Counted from the first letter of the stretch, positions 51,037 through 61,567 are shown. The stretch is DNA of 64,000 bases from Thermoflexus hugenholtzii JAD2 (GCA_945903275.1 CAMDNW010000002.1:75829-139828); one strand, 5' to 3'. The notes: generated by a model from the sequence alone, not told the origin. Translations and numbers: made by a program.

Positions 51037-51341
51037 CGGGGGGTCTCATCGCTAGCGGTGGCGCGCCGGGAACAGGGCTATTAAGCCTGACGGCGCGGCC
51101 TGCTGGCAAGTCGGAGATTGTTAGGACGGTTCTCGTCTCCCATCGCGAGGTATCGTCGCGTGACGGCGAGCCATATCAGGTTAAGCAATTGTGCGGTGAG
51201 ACCGATGGAACGGATAGAAATCGTCACCGTCGTTCGCTCTGGGCATCCTGCACGCGAGAGACAAGGTGAGGGTGATCTCGCATGGGTCCACTCCGTCGCG
51301 GGCCGCTCCAATGCGCCGGAAGGCCATGCTACGCTCGGAGT

Positions 51342-51728
51342 ATGACAGCCGAACCACCTCGTGAGCCCGTTCGCGCGGAGGACGATCCATTGCTGGACTG
51401 GCATTCGGACGCGCGCGTGATCATGGATTCGTATGCAAACGACATCGCGTACCGGCAGATCGCTGGAACACAGATAGAGTTGCTGCGCCTCGGTGAGCGT
51501 GCGGAAGGGATCGCGGCTGCGGAGGTGGCGGTGCTATTCGAGCGACATGTGCAGCGATGCGGTGAAACGGGACACCTCGACCTCGCGTTCACGCGGGAGT
51601 CGTTCGTGGGGTTCCTCGTGTCGCGAGTGCTGCTGCGCGCCTCGGACAATAGGTACGTGACGACGACCGTGGGTCACGGGATGTTGCAGTACATCGACGA
51701 GCGGGAGTTGCCAGATAAGGCGCTCTGA
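51342..51728 (+). CDS. hypothetical protein
   Basis: 129 aa from ATG 51342 (MTAEPPREPV). No recognisable motif. Confidence 0.4.
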   Translation: MTAEPPREPVRAEDDPLLDWHSDARVIMDSYANDIAYRQIAGTQIELLRLGERAEGIAAAEVAVLFERHVQRCGETGHLDLAFTRESFVGFLVSRVLLRASDNRYVTTTVGHGMLQYIDERELPDKAL

Positions 51729-51731
51729 CGG

Positions 51732-52985
51732 CTACGGTTCCGGCGTCGCACGCACGGGTAGCGATGCCGCTGCTTCCGGGTGGACGCCGGAGGTGAGGGC
51801 GCGCTCGACGGAGCGGGCGACGGCATCAATGTCGTCCTCGTTGTTGTAGGCGTGGAGCGAGAGGCGCAAGCAGGCGGTCTCGCGAACGGAGCGGCAGACG
51901 ATCTTGGCGTCGAGCCAGAGGTGCGCGGCGAGCAGTGCGGCCTCGATGCCTTCGGCGCGGAAGGCGAAGAGGCCGCTGCGGGTGGCCTCGGTGCGCGGGC
52001 TGCTAATGGTGACGCCGGGAATGCCGGCGATGCGGGCCTCGGCGTACTGGTTGAGGGTGCGGGCGCGATCCCAGACGTTCTGGGGGCCGGAGTCGAGGTA
52101 CTGCTGCACGGTGGCGAGGCCACCCGCGAGCAGCACGCCGGAGACAGTAGTCAGTTCGAATTTCTGAATCGACTCGCGGTTAGGCGTGAAGCCGCCCTCG
52201 AAATCAAACGAGGCGGCTGCGTGGCCGCCAACGGCGGCAGGCTCCAAGTCGGTGATGCGGTCGCGGCGGACGTAGAGGGCGCCGAGGCCACCAGGGCCGG
52301 ACATCCACTTATGCATCGGAATCGCGTAGGCATCGACACCACTGGCGTGCATATCGAGCGGCTCATGGCCGCCGGTCTGTGCGCCGTCGATGAGCACGAT
52401 CGACTGGGGTGCCTCGCGGTGTGCAAGGGCGACGATGTCCGCGACGGGGAGGCGCTGGCCGGTGGAGTAGGAGATGCCGGAGATCAGTACGAGGCTCGTG
52501 CGAGAGTCGATGGCGCGGCCGAACGCCTCGACCATCGTTCCCGGTGAGTCATCCGAGCCGATGGGGACGATGTGCAGATCAGCGCCGCGGCGCTCGCGGA
52601 GGTAGTAGGACGGCACGATACCGGAGGCGTGTTCGATACCGGAGGTAACGATGCCGTCGCCGGCCTCGACGGACATGCCGGAGGTGACCATGTTGATGCC
52701 GTCGGTGGTGTTGTCAGTGATCGCGATCTCGTCAGCGTCCGCGCCGAGCATTTTCGCGACGGCCTCGCGGTACTGCTGGCTGAGTTCGCGGCGAGCGGCG
52801 AGCAGCGGGCGGGAGGTGGGGCCTTCGCGGAGTTCGCGGTCGAGCCATGCAGTCATCGCCTCGGCGATCGGCTCGGACATCGGGCCCTGGAAGCCGGAGT
52901 TGAGGTAGATCATCTCGCGGAGCGTGGGGGTCTTGGCACGGAGCCAAGCCCAGCGCGCGGCGGTGTCGGTAGTGGTGGTCGCCAT
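51732..52985 (-). CDS. class V aminotransferase (cysteine desulfurase / isopenicillin-N-epimerase-like)
   Basis: PLP fold with HKWMSGPGGLGALYV (PLP-lysine region) and DNTTDGINMV. ATG 52985 has GGAG 8 nt upstream. Confidence 0.85.
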   Translation of the reverse strand: MATTTTDTAARWAWLRAKTPTLREMIYLNSGFQGPMSEPIAEAMTAWLDRELREGPTSRPLLAARRELSQQYREAVAKMLGADADEIAITDNTTDGINMVTSGMSVEAGDGIVTSGIEHASGIVPSYYLRERRGADLHIVPIGSDDSPGTMVEAFGRAIDSRTSLVLISGISYSTGQRLPVADIVALAHREAPQSIVLIDGAQTGGHEPLDMHASGVDAYAIPMHKWMSGPGGLGALYVRRDRITDLEPAAVGGHAAASFDFEGGFTPNRESIQKFELTTVSGVLLAGGLATVQQYLDSGPQNVWDRARTLNQYAEARIAGIPGVTISSPRTEATRSGLFAFRAEGIEAALLAAHLWLDAKIVCRSVRETACLRLSLHAYNNEDDIDAVARSVERALTSGVHPEAAASLPVRATPEP

Positions 52986-53102
52986 CTTGCGGCTCCTGTC
53001 TCGACGCCCAGACGAGCATCGGGAGTATCTTGCCACTTCGCGGGGGTGGCCGGAGGGTGCGGAGCGGGTACGATGCGCGCGGCACAGGAGACGAGGACAC
53101 CC

Positions 53103-53657
53103 ATGGACGTATACGAGGCCATCCACACCCGACGCGATGTCGAGGCGTTCGACCAGACGCTACCGGCGCGCGAGGTCATTGAGCGGCTGATCGAGGCAGC
53201 GACGTGGGCGCCCAACCACCGGATGACCGAGCCGTGGCGCTTCCACGTGGTCGCCGGCGAGGCGCGCGACAACCTAGGTGCTGAAGTGGCGGGGTGGCTG
53301 GCGGGTAAAGGCGAGCCGGAGGCCCTCGGTGTCTCCGCGAACGCCAAACTGATGCGCGCGCCGGTGACGATCTTCCTCAGCCAGAGCGGCAGCCCGGACG
53401 ACCCGGTGCGCGAGCTGGAGGATTACGCCGCATGCGCCGCCGCGATGCAGAACCTGCTGCTGGCAGCACGCGCCGAGGGGCTGGTAGCGCACGTCAGCAC
53501 CGACCGGATGATCGGCTATGAGGCCATCAAGCAGCACCTCGGCCTCAGCCAGTACGACCGGGTCGTGGTGATGGTGAACGTGGGGAGTATCCGTGAGGGC
53601 GCAACGCCGAAGCAGGGCGTGCGGCGGCCAGCGGTCGTGACATGGCAGTGGGCGTAA
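53103..53657 (+). CDS. nitroreductase-family protein
   Basis: HTRRDVEAFD...APNHRMTEPWRF N-terminal FMN-binding block, typical of the NfsB/NfnB fold. Confidence 0.8.
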   Translation: MDVYEAIHTRRDVEAFDQTLPAREVIERLIEAATWAPNHRMTEPWRFHVVAGEARDNLGAEVAGWLAGKGEPEALGVSANAKLMRAPVTIFLSQSGSPDDPVRELEDYAACAAAMQNLLLAARAEGLVAHVSTDRMIGYEAIKQHLGLSQYDRVVVMVNVGSIREGATPKQGVRRPAVVTWQWA

Positions 53658-53661
53658 CACG

Positions 53662-54231
53662 ATGCAGCAGCGAGAAGAACACCGGGCGATGACCAGCCAG
53701 CAGAACCTAGTGATCGAACCGGGGCGCACGGTAGTCGTGATCATGGACTTTCAGGTCGGCATTGTGAGCGCGGCGGCGCGGAACCCCCAGGCGACGCTGG
53801 AAAACGCCGTGGCCGTCCTCGATGCCGCGCGGACGGTGGGGATTCCTGTCATCTACATCCAGCATCGGGGCGGGCGGTTCGAAGTGGATACGCCGGAGGC
53901 GGAGTTCCACCCGGCGATCACGCCGCGGCCGGGAGAGCGCGTGTTCCAGAAGTTGCGGGCCGGCTCGTTCTCCACGACGGGCCTCGACGTGCTGCTGCGA
54001 GAGGCAGGACGAGACACGCTGGTGTTGATGGGGATCGCCACGAGCGGCTGTGTGCTTTCGACGGTGCGCTGGGGCGCGGATGTGAACTACCGGCTGGTGG
54101 TGATCAAGGACGCGTGCGACGACCCGGACGAGGAAGTCCACCGCGTGCTCACCGAGAAGCTGTTCCCGCGTCAGGCGAATGTGCTAACGACGGAGCAGTT
54201 CGTGAACGGCGCGTACAACCTGCTCGGGTAG
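53662..54231 (+). CDS. isochorismatase-family cysteine hydrolase
   Basis: VVVIMDFQ (D), K and GIATSGCV (catalytic C) triad blocks. Confidence 0.8.
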   Translation: MQQREEHRAMTSQQNLVIEPGRTVVVIMDFQVGIVSAAARNPQATLENAVAVLDAARTVGIPVIYIQHRGGRFEVDTPEAEFHPAITPRPGERVFQKLRAGSFSTTGLDVLLREAGRDTLVLMGIATSGCVLSTVRWGADVNYRLVVIKDACDDPDEEVHRVLTEKLFPRQANVLTTEQFVNGAYNLLG

Positions 54232-54234
54232 TGC

Positions 54235-54591
54235 CTAGCGAGCGCCCCAGCCAGCCTCATTCTGACCGGGTTCAGCGCCGTAAATGTTTGTGACGGGCTG
54301 GCTGAGTTGTGCGGCGAGGTAGTAGCCGTACAGCGGCGCGAGCACACACCAGCCAGAGCGGCCGATATCGTGCATGCGGCGCACGCTGACCGCGACCGTG
54401 GGTGAGAGCAGTACGAAGGCGATGATGTGCGCGAGGCCGCCGAAACCGCCGGTCGTGGACAGCGCGTCCTCGATCAAGGCGACGCCCAGGACGAGCACGA
54501 GATAGAAGGCAAGCCAGTACCAGTACTCGGCGCGAGAAGCGTACTTGAAGTAGCGGCTCAGGCCTCGGGTGATCGCTTCGACGATGAACAT
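54235..54591 (-). CDS. DUF805-family inner-membrane protein
   Basis: RRMHDIGRSGWC matches the DUF805 signature (RRLHDxGxSGWW) between TM helices. Confidence 0.75.
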   Translation of the reverse strand: MFIVEAITRGLSRYFKYASRAEYWYWLAFYLVLVLGVALIEDALSTTGGFGGLAHIIAFVLLSPTVAVSVRRMHDIGRSGWCVLAPLYGYYLAAQLSQPVTNIYGAEPGQNEAGWGAR

Positions 54592-54656
54592 GTAAGTCTC
54601 CGCACCAGTGCCCCGCAGGAGCGAAACGCAGCACGCACACGGACGCGGTGAACCGG

Positions 54657-55319
54657 CTAGTCCGCGACCCAGATGCGGCGCGCCGCTTCCATGCCCAGGA
54701 CAAGATCCCGACCATTGAAGCGGGCGGTGACGGTGCCGCGGTAGGGGGCGGCGTCGACGACCTCGACACTGACGCCGGGGCGGATGCCTTCGACATCGAA
54801 GAAGCGGAGGAGTTGCTCATCCTCCTCGTAGACGCGCTCTATGATGCTGCGTGTACCGGTCTTGAGGTCGGAGAGATGCCGGCTAGAGAGGGGGTGGTCG
54901 TGTTTCGAACCGGGAATGGGATAGCCGAAGGGAGAGACCTTCGGGTCGCCGAGGCGCTCCACGATCAGCGGCTCGGTGATGTCGGAGATGGAGTGCTCCA
55001 TGAGGTGGGCTTCCTCGTAGGCGCGCCACCATTCTAGGCCGAGGATCTCCACGAGCAGGCATTCAGCGAGACGGTGGCGGCGCACCATCTGCTCGGCGCG
55101 GGCGAAGCCGGTGCGGGTCAGGGAGATGCGCTTCTTTGCGTCCATCTCGACGAGCCGGTCCCGGCTGAGACGGGCGAGCATACCGGCGACGGAGGCGGGC
55201 TTGATGCCGAGGCGCTCCGAGACGCGGGCGGCGATCACTTCCTCGTGCTCGTCGTGAGAGAGCCGATACATCGTGGTCAGTGCGTCGTCGGACGCGACAT
55301 TGGTGACCTGCTTGGGCAC
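54657..55319 (-). CDS. DtxR/IdeR/MntR-family metal-dependent transcriptional regulator with C-terminal FeoA/SH3-like domain
   Basis: N-terminal wHTH (ARVSERLGIKPASVAGMLARL), metal-site region HRLAECLL...EEAH..EH, and a C-terminal FeoA-like domain. Confidence 0.85.
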   Translation of the reverse strand: MPKQVTNVASDDALTTMYRLSHDEHEEVIAARVSERLGIKPASVAGMLARLSRDRLVEMDAKKRISLTRTGFARAEQMVRRHRLAECLLVEILGLEWWRAYEEAHLMEHSISDITEPLIVERLGDPKVSPFGYPIPGSKHDHPLSSRHLSDLKTGTRSIIERVYEEDEQLLRFFDVEGIRPGVSVEVVDAAPYRGTVTARFNGRDLVLGMEAARRIWVAD

Positions 55320-55424
55320 TTGCGAGCCTCCTCACGGGGATGCTCACATGCCGGGGGCCGACCGGCAAGCGCATAGAAGTATTACGACTTATGATTCGCG
55401 AGTTCCACGTTACCTGAGCACGAG

Positions 55425-56024
55425 GTGACGACCGTAAGCGCCGAAGAACTCATCGACCCCGAGGCGATCCAGAACGCCATCTTGCCACCGCTGATCCGCG
55501 TGGTCGAAGAGGCTGCCGTTGGCGAGCGCTGGGCGCTGGTGGGCGCTACCGCCTGCCGGTTGCAGGGCGTCTACGCCACCTCGCCGAACCTGGAATTCAT
55601 CACCGCCGAGCCGCCGCTACACTCGCTGGCCGAGATGCTGGATATCCCCTCGGAATGGGGGCGAGGGACGCACCTAGCCGCCCAGCGACTGCACTTCATG
55701 CGCGGGCGTGTGCCGGTGTTCGTGTTCGGGAACCCGGTGTTCCACGGGCGGTACGACTCACTCACGCCAATGGAGATCCCGTCGCTCTGGGACTCCCGTG
55801 TGCGCGTAGATGTTGAGGGCGGCAGCGGGGTGCTGGTCACGCCGCTGGAATGGGAGTTGCTGCTAGCGGTGGTGCTGGAGTCCTCCGCGCGGCTGGACGC
55901 GGTGCGGAAGCACCTGCGCGATCATGGCTTCGACAACCGGCTGCTGACGCGGCTGCTGCGCGAGGGGCATGTGGGGTCGGCGACCGAGGAAGCCGTGTGG
56001 CGGGAAGTCGAGACTGAGGCGTAG
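55425..56024 (+). CDS. hypothetical protein, possibly a degenerate nucleotidyltransferase-fold domain
   Basis: LVGATACRLQGV-x9-NLEF resembles the G(S/G)-x9-13-DxD NTase motif but with the acidic residues replaced. Divergent from the DtxR gene. Confidence 0.35.
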   Translation: MTTVSAEELIDPEAIQNAILPPLIRVVEEAAVGERWALVGATACRLQGVYATSPNLEFITAEPPLHSLAEMLDIPSEWGRGTHLAAQRLHFMRGRVPVFVFGNPVFHGRYDSLTPMEIPSLWDSRVRVDVEGGSGVLVTPLEWELLLAVVLESSARLDAVRKHLRDHGFDNRLLTRLLREGHVGSATEEAVWREVETEA

Positions 56025-56221
56025 CCCTTCCCCTCGCGTTTCACCTCGATAGCAGGGATACCCACACCGACCGCACGATTTTTGATCGCTTGTCGATATG
56101 CATGGTGATATGTAGCGCTTGAGGCGGCGCCACAGCCAGTAGATTGGTCTCAGTCAGGCGGGGGCGCCACCGGAGCCGAGCTGCAACAAGCTCCGAGGGC
56201 GGGCAGTTCCATCCTGATAAG

Positions 56222-56255
56222 AATCGCGCGGCTTCGGTACCGAGGCCGCGCGATT
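56222..56255. terminator. near-perfect 34-bp palindrome between convergent genes
   Basis: aatcgcgcggc ttcggtaccgag gccgcgcgatt (two G-U positions), followed by the T-containing tail tgctatt. Confidence 0.5.
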
Positions 56256-56283
56256 TGCTATTCCCAGGCGATTCCGTGAGGCG

Positions 56284-57405
56284 CTAGCGGCTCTTTCTTA
56301 GCAGCGGCTGCGCTTCCCTGCCGAGGGTGTCGAGGCGCTTGCGGAGGGCCTCGACATACGTCTCGGCCTTCGGGACGGTCTCCAACATGCGGACGAAGAT
56401 ACGGACGAGACCGTCAAGGTCACCGAGGTGGACGGTCTCGGCGGCGACGCGGTTGCGCGGACCGGCGTTGTGGTAGTTGCCGAGGGCAATGCAGGCAGCG
56501 CCGGTCTCGTAGCCGTAGAGGTCGTAGACAGTAGCCTCGGTGGTACCGCCGTCCATGAGTTTGCGCTGGTAACGGAAGGCGGGGTCGGCGGCGGCGAGTT
56601 CGTTCGCGAGGCCGACCATCCAGCGGGTCATCATGGGCGAGAAGATGTGGATGGCGTCGCCGACGCGGACAATCGGGCCGCCACCCTGCACCGCGCGGCC
56701 TCCAGCCATCGAAGACGTCTCCACAGCGACGATGAGCACGTCCTCTGGCAGTAATCGTGCGCGGCCGACGACCGATGCACCACGCAGGCCGACTTCCTCG
56801 GCGCGGGTGAAGAGGCCGATCAGGGTGCCCAGAGTGCGTGCGGCAACAGCGCGGTCGAGGGTCGCGAGGACGGCGACGCAGCCGGCGAGGTCATCGCAGC
56901 CGCGGGCCTGCACGATGTCGCCGCGGAAGCGGCAGGCAGGCACATCCCAGAGTGCGAGGTCGCCGGCCTCGGCGGTCGCGCCAGCATCGAGTTGGGCAGT
57001 GGCGGTGGCGATGGTCTTGCGCTCGCTCGCCTGCACGGTGGTAATGGTGGCCGTGCCGAGGTCGTCGAGGTCTTGTGCGCCGAAGAGGCGGAGACACTCG
57101 CCCTTGCCGTAAGCGGCGGAGAGGCCGCCACGGAACTCGAGGGTGAGGCGGCGGCCACGGACGGCGGTGACGACGAAGCCGGGATGGTCAATATGCGCGC
57201 CAAGGACGAGCGCACGGCGGGGGCGGCCACGCTGGTAGCGGATGTATGCGTTGCCGTAGTCGTCTTCGGCGTATTCGAGCCCGCGCTCAGCCGCGAAGGC
57301 GCGGAGATAGGCGCGGACGCCGTGTTCGAGGTAAGAGACGGTGGGGATAGAGACGATCTCGGAGACGAGATTGCGGAGCGGTTTCGGTTCATGTGCAGGG
57401 GTCAT
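56284..57405 (-). CDS. M42-family metallopeptidase (FrvX/glutamyl aminopeptidase-like)
   Basis: LVLGAHIDHPGF, ARGCDDLAGC and the HxDxxG-type metal ligand arrangement. ATG 57405 has GGAG 8 nt upstream. The six-frame ORF is over-extended to 57753. Confidence 0.75.
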   Translation of the reverse strand: MTPAHEPKPLRNLVSEIVSIPTVSYLEHGVRAYLRAFAAERGLEYAEDDYGNAYIRYQRGRPRRALVLGAHIDHPGFVVTAVRGRRLTLEFRGGLSAAYGKGECLRLFGAQDLDDLGTATITTVQASERKTIATATAQLDAGATAEAGDLALWDVPACRFRGDIVQARGCDDLAGCVAVLATLDRAVAARTLGTLIGLFTRAEEVGLRGASVVGRARLLPEDVLIVAVETSSMAGGRAVQGGGPIVRVGDAIHIFSPMMTRWMVGLANELAAADPAFRYQRKLMDGGTTEATVYDLYGYETGAACIALGNYHNAGPRNRVAAETVHLGDLDGLVRIFVRMLETVPKAETYVEALRKRLDTLGREAQPLLRKSR

Positions 57406-57479
57406 GGTTTCTCCTCGGTCAGCCGCGCGCGTGGCGGCATCGTACACGCGAAGCCGGGAGGGTCGAGTAGGCTGAGATT

Positions 57480-58073
57480 GTGGACGAGACACCGATCGGC
57501 GAACGCCTCGACATCCGCGAAGTAGGACACGACAACTGGAACGACTTCGTGCGGCTGTTCGAGGGGCGAGGCTCGCCGTCGTACTGCTACTGCCTGGTGT
57601 GGCGGGAGCCCAGCGAGGCGCGGAAAAGCCTCGACCTCGCGGGGCGGCGGGCGTTGACGCAGCAGCAGGTCGCGGGCGTGACGCCGTTGGGGCTGCTCGC
57701 ATACCTCGACGGCGTGCCTGTGGGCTGATGCTCGGTCGCGCCACGCAAGACATACCGGCCGCTAGGCGGCCTCAACTATCCAGCAGAAACAAGGGTGTGG
57801 GCGGTGGTGTGCTTCTTCGTGCAGAGGGCGCTGCGCGGACGGGGCGCGGCGACGGCGCTACTAGAGGCGGCTGTCGCGACGGCCAAGCGCCACGGCGCGC
57901 AGGTGGTGGAGGCGACGTCGGTAGACCCCGATTCGCCATCGTTCCGCTTCATGGGGTACCGGTCCATGTTTCGGGCGGCGGGGTTTGAAAATGTACAGCC
58001 CGCCGAGAGCCGACGGCACGTGATGCACCGGGTGTTGAGCGCGCCCCTACGCCGTCGCCTCGCTAGCACGTAG
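57480..58073 (+). pseudogene. GNAT-family acetyltransferase interrupted by an in-frame TGA at a conserved Trp position
   Basis: ORFs 57480..57728 and 57795..58073 are in the same frame. Manual translation across the gap reads ...LAYLDGVPVG*CSVAPRKTYRPLGG...RVWAVVCFFVQRALRGRGAATALLEA. GNATs of this subgroup have G-W-C at the stop position (TGG to TGA). Confidence 0.6.
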
Positions 58074-58083
58074 GCTGGATCGC

Positions 58084-59355
58084 ATGACGACACTCGACAG
58101 CCTTGACGAAGCCCACGCATCCGCACGACCGGCACGCCGCCGGAAGGATCGGTGGGTGCTCGACCAGCCTCGCAAGCCGCTGGAACTCACGCTGGAGGGG
58201 TTCGCGGCGGGCGGGAAAGCGGTGGGGCACGCCCCGGACGGACGAGTGGTGTTCGTGGAGCGGGGCATCCCCGGCGAGCGGGTGATCGCGGAGATCACGA
58301 AGGAAGAGACCTCATACATCGAGGCGACGACGGTGATGGTGCTAGAGGCCGCGGATTCGCGGGTAACACCTCGGTGCCAGTATTTCGGGCGGTGCGGCGG
58401 GTGCCAATTGCAGCACATCGAGTACGGGGAGCAGTTGCGGCTGAAGGCCGGGGTAGTGCGCGAGCAGTTGCAGCGGATAGGGCACTTCGAGTACCCGCCG
58501 CTGCGCGAGATGATTGGGATGCGCGAGCCGTGGAACTACCGAAACCACTTACGGTTCACGGTGCGGCGCGATGGCGACGTGGGCTTTATGGAGCACGGGA
58601 CGCATCGATTCCTACGCATCGACCAGTGCGCGATCGCCCATCCGAAGGTGAATGAGGTGCTGCGCGACGCGCAGGGACGGACAATGCAGACGACGCAATT
58701 GACCGTGCGCGTGGGCGAGCACACGAACGACATGCTGGTGCAGCCGAAGTTGCGCTGGCGGCCGGGGCGGAACAGGCACGTGCCGAGCGGACAACCGCAC
58801 TACATCGAACAGTTGGGGCCGCAGCGGTTCCGCGTCTCGTCGCCAGCATTCTTTCAGGTGAACACACGACAGGCGGAACGCCTCGCAGAACTGGTGATGG
58901 CACGGGTGCTGGAGGCGAAGCCACGGGTGGTGGTCGACGCATACGCGGGCGTCGGGACGTTCGCGGCGCTGCTCGCGCCGCACGTGGCACAGGTGGTGAC
59001 GATCGAGTGGTCAGCGGCGGCGGGCAGTGATGCCGAGGTGAATCTGGCGGGCTTCGACAACGTGCGGCGAGTGACGGGCAGCGTCGAAGACGTGTTGCCG
59101 GGAATGGAGCCATCGCCCGACGTGGTGGTGGTCGACCCGCCACGCGTCGGGCTACAGGCAGCGGTGGTTGAGGCTATCCTCATGTCGAAGGCGCGGCGGC
59201 TGGTGTACGTATCGTGCGACCCGGCGACGCTGGCTCGCGATCTGCGGCTGTTCGTCTCGGGTGGCTTCATGCTGACTGAGGTGCAGCCGATCGACATGTT
59301 CCCGCACACGCAACACATCGAGTGCATCACGACGCTGGACCGCAGCGAGTCCTAG
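58084..59355 (+). CDS. rlmD: 23S rRNA (uracil-C5)-methyltransferase RlmD/RumA family (TRAM + [4Fe-4S] + SAM-MTase)
   Basis: TRAM domain N-terminus, Cys cluster CQYFGRCGGCQLQH, MTase motif I DAYAGVGTF, and the catalytic C in YVSCDPATLARD. Confidence 0.88.
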   Translation: MTTLDSLDEAHASARPARRRKDRWVLDQPRKPLELTLEGFAAGGKAVGHAPDGRVVFVERGIPGERVIAEITKEETSYIEATTVMVLEAADSRVTPRCQYFGRCGGCQLQHIEYGEQLRLKAGVVREQLQRIGHFEYPPLREMIGMREPWNYRNHLRFTVRRDGDVGFMEHGTHRFLRIDQCAIAHPKVNEVLRDAQGRTMQTTQLTVRVGEHTNDMLVQPKLRWRPGRNRHVPSGQPHYIEQLGPQRFRVSSPAFFQVNTRQAERLAELVMARVLEAKPRVVVDAYAGVGTFAALLAPHVAQVVTIEWSAAAGSDAEVNLAGFDNVRRVTGSVEDVLPGMEPSPDVVVVDPPRVGLQAAVVEAILMSKARRLVYVSCDPATLARDLRLFVSGGFMLTEVQPIDMFPHTQHIECITTLDRSES

Positions 59356-59978
59356 TGGTTCAGCGAATCGTTCTCGCGTCCGGGTCGGCGCGGCGGCCGG
59401 AGTTGTTGGCGGGCCTGGGGCTTGAATTTGAGGTGGCCCCGGCGAACATCGATGAAACGTCGGCGGAACGCGACCCGGCAGTGTTGACGGAAATGCTGGC
59501 ACTGCTGAAGGCGCGGGCGGGCGTGACGACTGCACCAGATGCCGTGGTCATCGGTGCGGACACGTTGGTTGTGTTGGACGGGCAGATTATCGGAAAGCCT
59601 GCGGATGCGGACGCGGCGCGCGCGACGCTCGAAGCACTGCGTGAGCGAACGCACAAGGTGGTGAGCGGCGTAGCGGTGGTGGCGGGCCACCGTGCGGCCT
59701 CGCGAGTGGTTACGACGCACGTGACGATGCGGGCGTACACGGACGAAGAGATCGCGGCGTACGTCGCGAGCGGCGACCCACTGGACAAGTCGGGGGCGTA
59801 CGCCGTGCAGCATCCAACGTTCGCGCCCGCGGCGCGCGTCGATGGCTGCATTTGCTCGGTGGTGGGACTGCCGCTATGGGCGACGCGCAGACTGCTGCGC
59901 GAGGTCGCGGGCATCGACACCGGCGCGCCGGCGTTCGGGCGGTGCCGGTTCTGCCCGGAGCGAGAAAGCGCACCGTAG
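59356..59978 (+). CDS. maf: Maf-like nucleoside triphosphate pyrophosphatase
   Basis: IVLASGSARRPELL N-terminus and DKSGAYAVQ block. GTG start immediately follows the rlmD stop. Confidence 0.85.
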
Positions 59979-60124
59979 CAGTTCTGGCTTGCCTCGGAGG
60001 CTAGCGCTGCACGACGAGTAGTTCGCCGACGAAAGCGGAGAGGCGCATCTGCACGCGACGGGCTGAACTTTGCTATCTGCACTGGAGTGACGGGCAAACC
60101 GTAGGGCGGCGGGAGCCTCCCGAC

Positions 60125-61567
60125 CTAGATGGGGGCGGGGAGTGCGCTTTCACCCATGAGGTAGGCGTCGATGCCGTGGGCGGCGGTGCGGCCTTCGGCG
60201 ATAGCCCAGACGATGAGGGACTGGCCGCGGGCCATGTCGCCGGCGGCAAAGACGCCGGGAACGCTGGTCATGCGGTTTGCGTTGACCTTCACGTTGCCGC
60301 GGTCGGTGAGTTCGACGCCGAGTTGGCTGAGGATGCCGCGGCGCTCGGGGCCGAGGAAGCCCATGGCGAGGAGCAGCATGTCGGTCTCAACCTCGAACTC
60401 GGAGCCGGAGACTTCGTGCATGACCGGGCGGCCATTCTCAGGGACGAACTCGACACGAACGGCGTGCAGTTTCTTCAAGACGCCGTCTTCGCCGGAGAGC
60501 GACTTGGTGAGGATGCTGTAGTTGCGGGCGCCGCCTTCCTCGTGGGCCGAGGAGACGCGGTAGATGTTGGGCCATGTGGGCCATGGGTTCTCATCGGGGC
60601 GAGTCGCGCCGGGGCGAGGGAGCAGTTCGTACTGGAGCACCTCGGTAGCACCCTGGCGTATAGCGGTGCCGAGGCAGTCCGCGCCGGTATCGCCGCCACC
60701 GAGGATGATCACGCGCTTGCCTTCGGCGGAAATAAACTTGTCCTCAGGCACCTCGTCGCCTGCGTTGCGGCGGTTCTGGAGGGGGAGGTAGTCCATCGCA
60801 AAGTGGATACCATCGAGATCGCGGCCGGGCACTTCGAGGTCACGCGCCCAAGTTGCACCGCCGGCGAGCAGGACCGCATCGAACTGCGAGCGGAGAGCGG
60901 CGCCATCGATGTCCACGCCGACGTTGACGGAGGGGCGGAAGACAACACCTTCGGCTTCCATCTGGGCGAGGCGGCGATCGAGATATTCCTTCTGCATCTT
61001 GAAGTCGGGAATGCCGTAACGCATCAGACCGCCGATGCGGTCGTCGCGCTCGAAGACGGTGACATCGTGACCGGCACGAGCAAGCTGCTGCGCAGCAGCG
61101 AGTCCGGCGGGGCCGGAGCCGATGACGGCGAGGCGCTTCTCTGTGCGCTTCTTCGCGCGCTGCGGAGCGATCCAGCCGGCATCGTAGGCGCGCTCGATGA
61201 TTGAGAGTTCGACTTGCTTGATGGTCACCGGATCCTGATTGATGCCGAGGACGCAGGCGGCCTCGCACGGGGCGGGGCAAAGGCGGCCAGTGAACTCTGG
61301 GAAGTTGTTGGTGGCGTGGAGGCGGTCGATGGCCTCTTCCCACTTGTCGCGGTACACGAGGTCGTTCCAATCAGGAATGATGTTGCCGAGAGGACAGCCC
61401 TGTTGGCAGAACGGAATGCCGCAGTCCATACAGCGCGCGGCCTGCTGCTGGAGCGCGGCGACGGGAAACTCCTCGTAGACCTCCAACCAGTCGTGGACGC
61501 GCTCGGCTACGAGGCGGCGCTGGGGAGTCTCTCGCCCGAACTCCAGAAAGCCGGTGGGCTTAGCCAT
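60125..61567 (-). CDS. gltD: glutamate synthase small (beta) subunit
   Basis: Two Cys clusters ([17 protein letters not shown]), FAD/NAD Rossmann [10 protein letters not shown], and [11 protein letters not shown] 61567 (MAKPTGF) was chosen. Confidence 0.92.
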   Translation of the reverse strand: MAKPTGFLEFGRETPQRRLVAERVHDWLEVYEEFPVAALQQQAARCMDCGIPFCQQGCPLGNIIPDWNDLVYRDKWEEAIDRLHATNNFPEFTGRLCPAPCEAACVLGINQDPVTIKQVELSIIERAYDAGWIAPQRAKKRTEKRLAVIGSGPAGLAAAQQLARAGHDVTVFERDDRIGGLMRYGIPDFKMQKEYLDRRLAQMEAEGVVFRPSVNVGVDIDGAALRSQFDAVLLAGGATWARDLEVPGRDLDGIHFAMDYLPLQNRRNAGDEVPEDKFISAEGKRVIILGGGDTGADCLGTAIRQGATEVLQYELLPRPGATRPDENPWPTWPNIYRVSSAHEEGGARNYSILTKSLSGEDGVLKKLHAVRVEFVPENGRPVMHEVSGSEFEVETDMLLLAMGFLGPERRGILSQLGVELTDRGNVKVNANRMTSVPGVFAAGDMARGQSLIVWAIAEGRTAAHGIDAYLMGESALPAPI

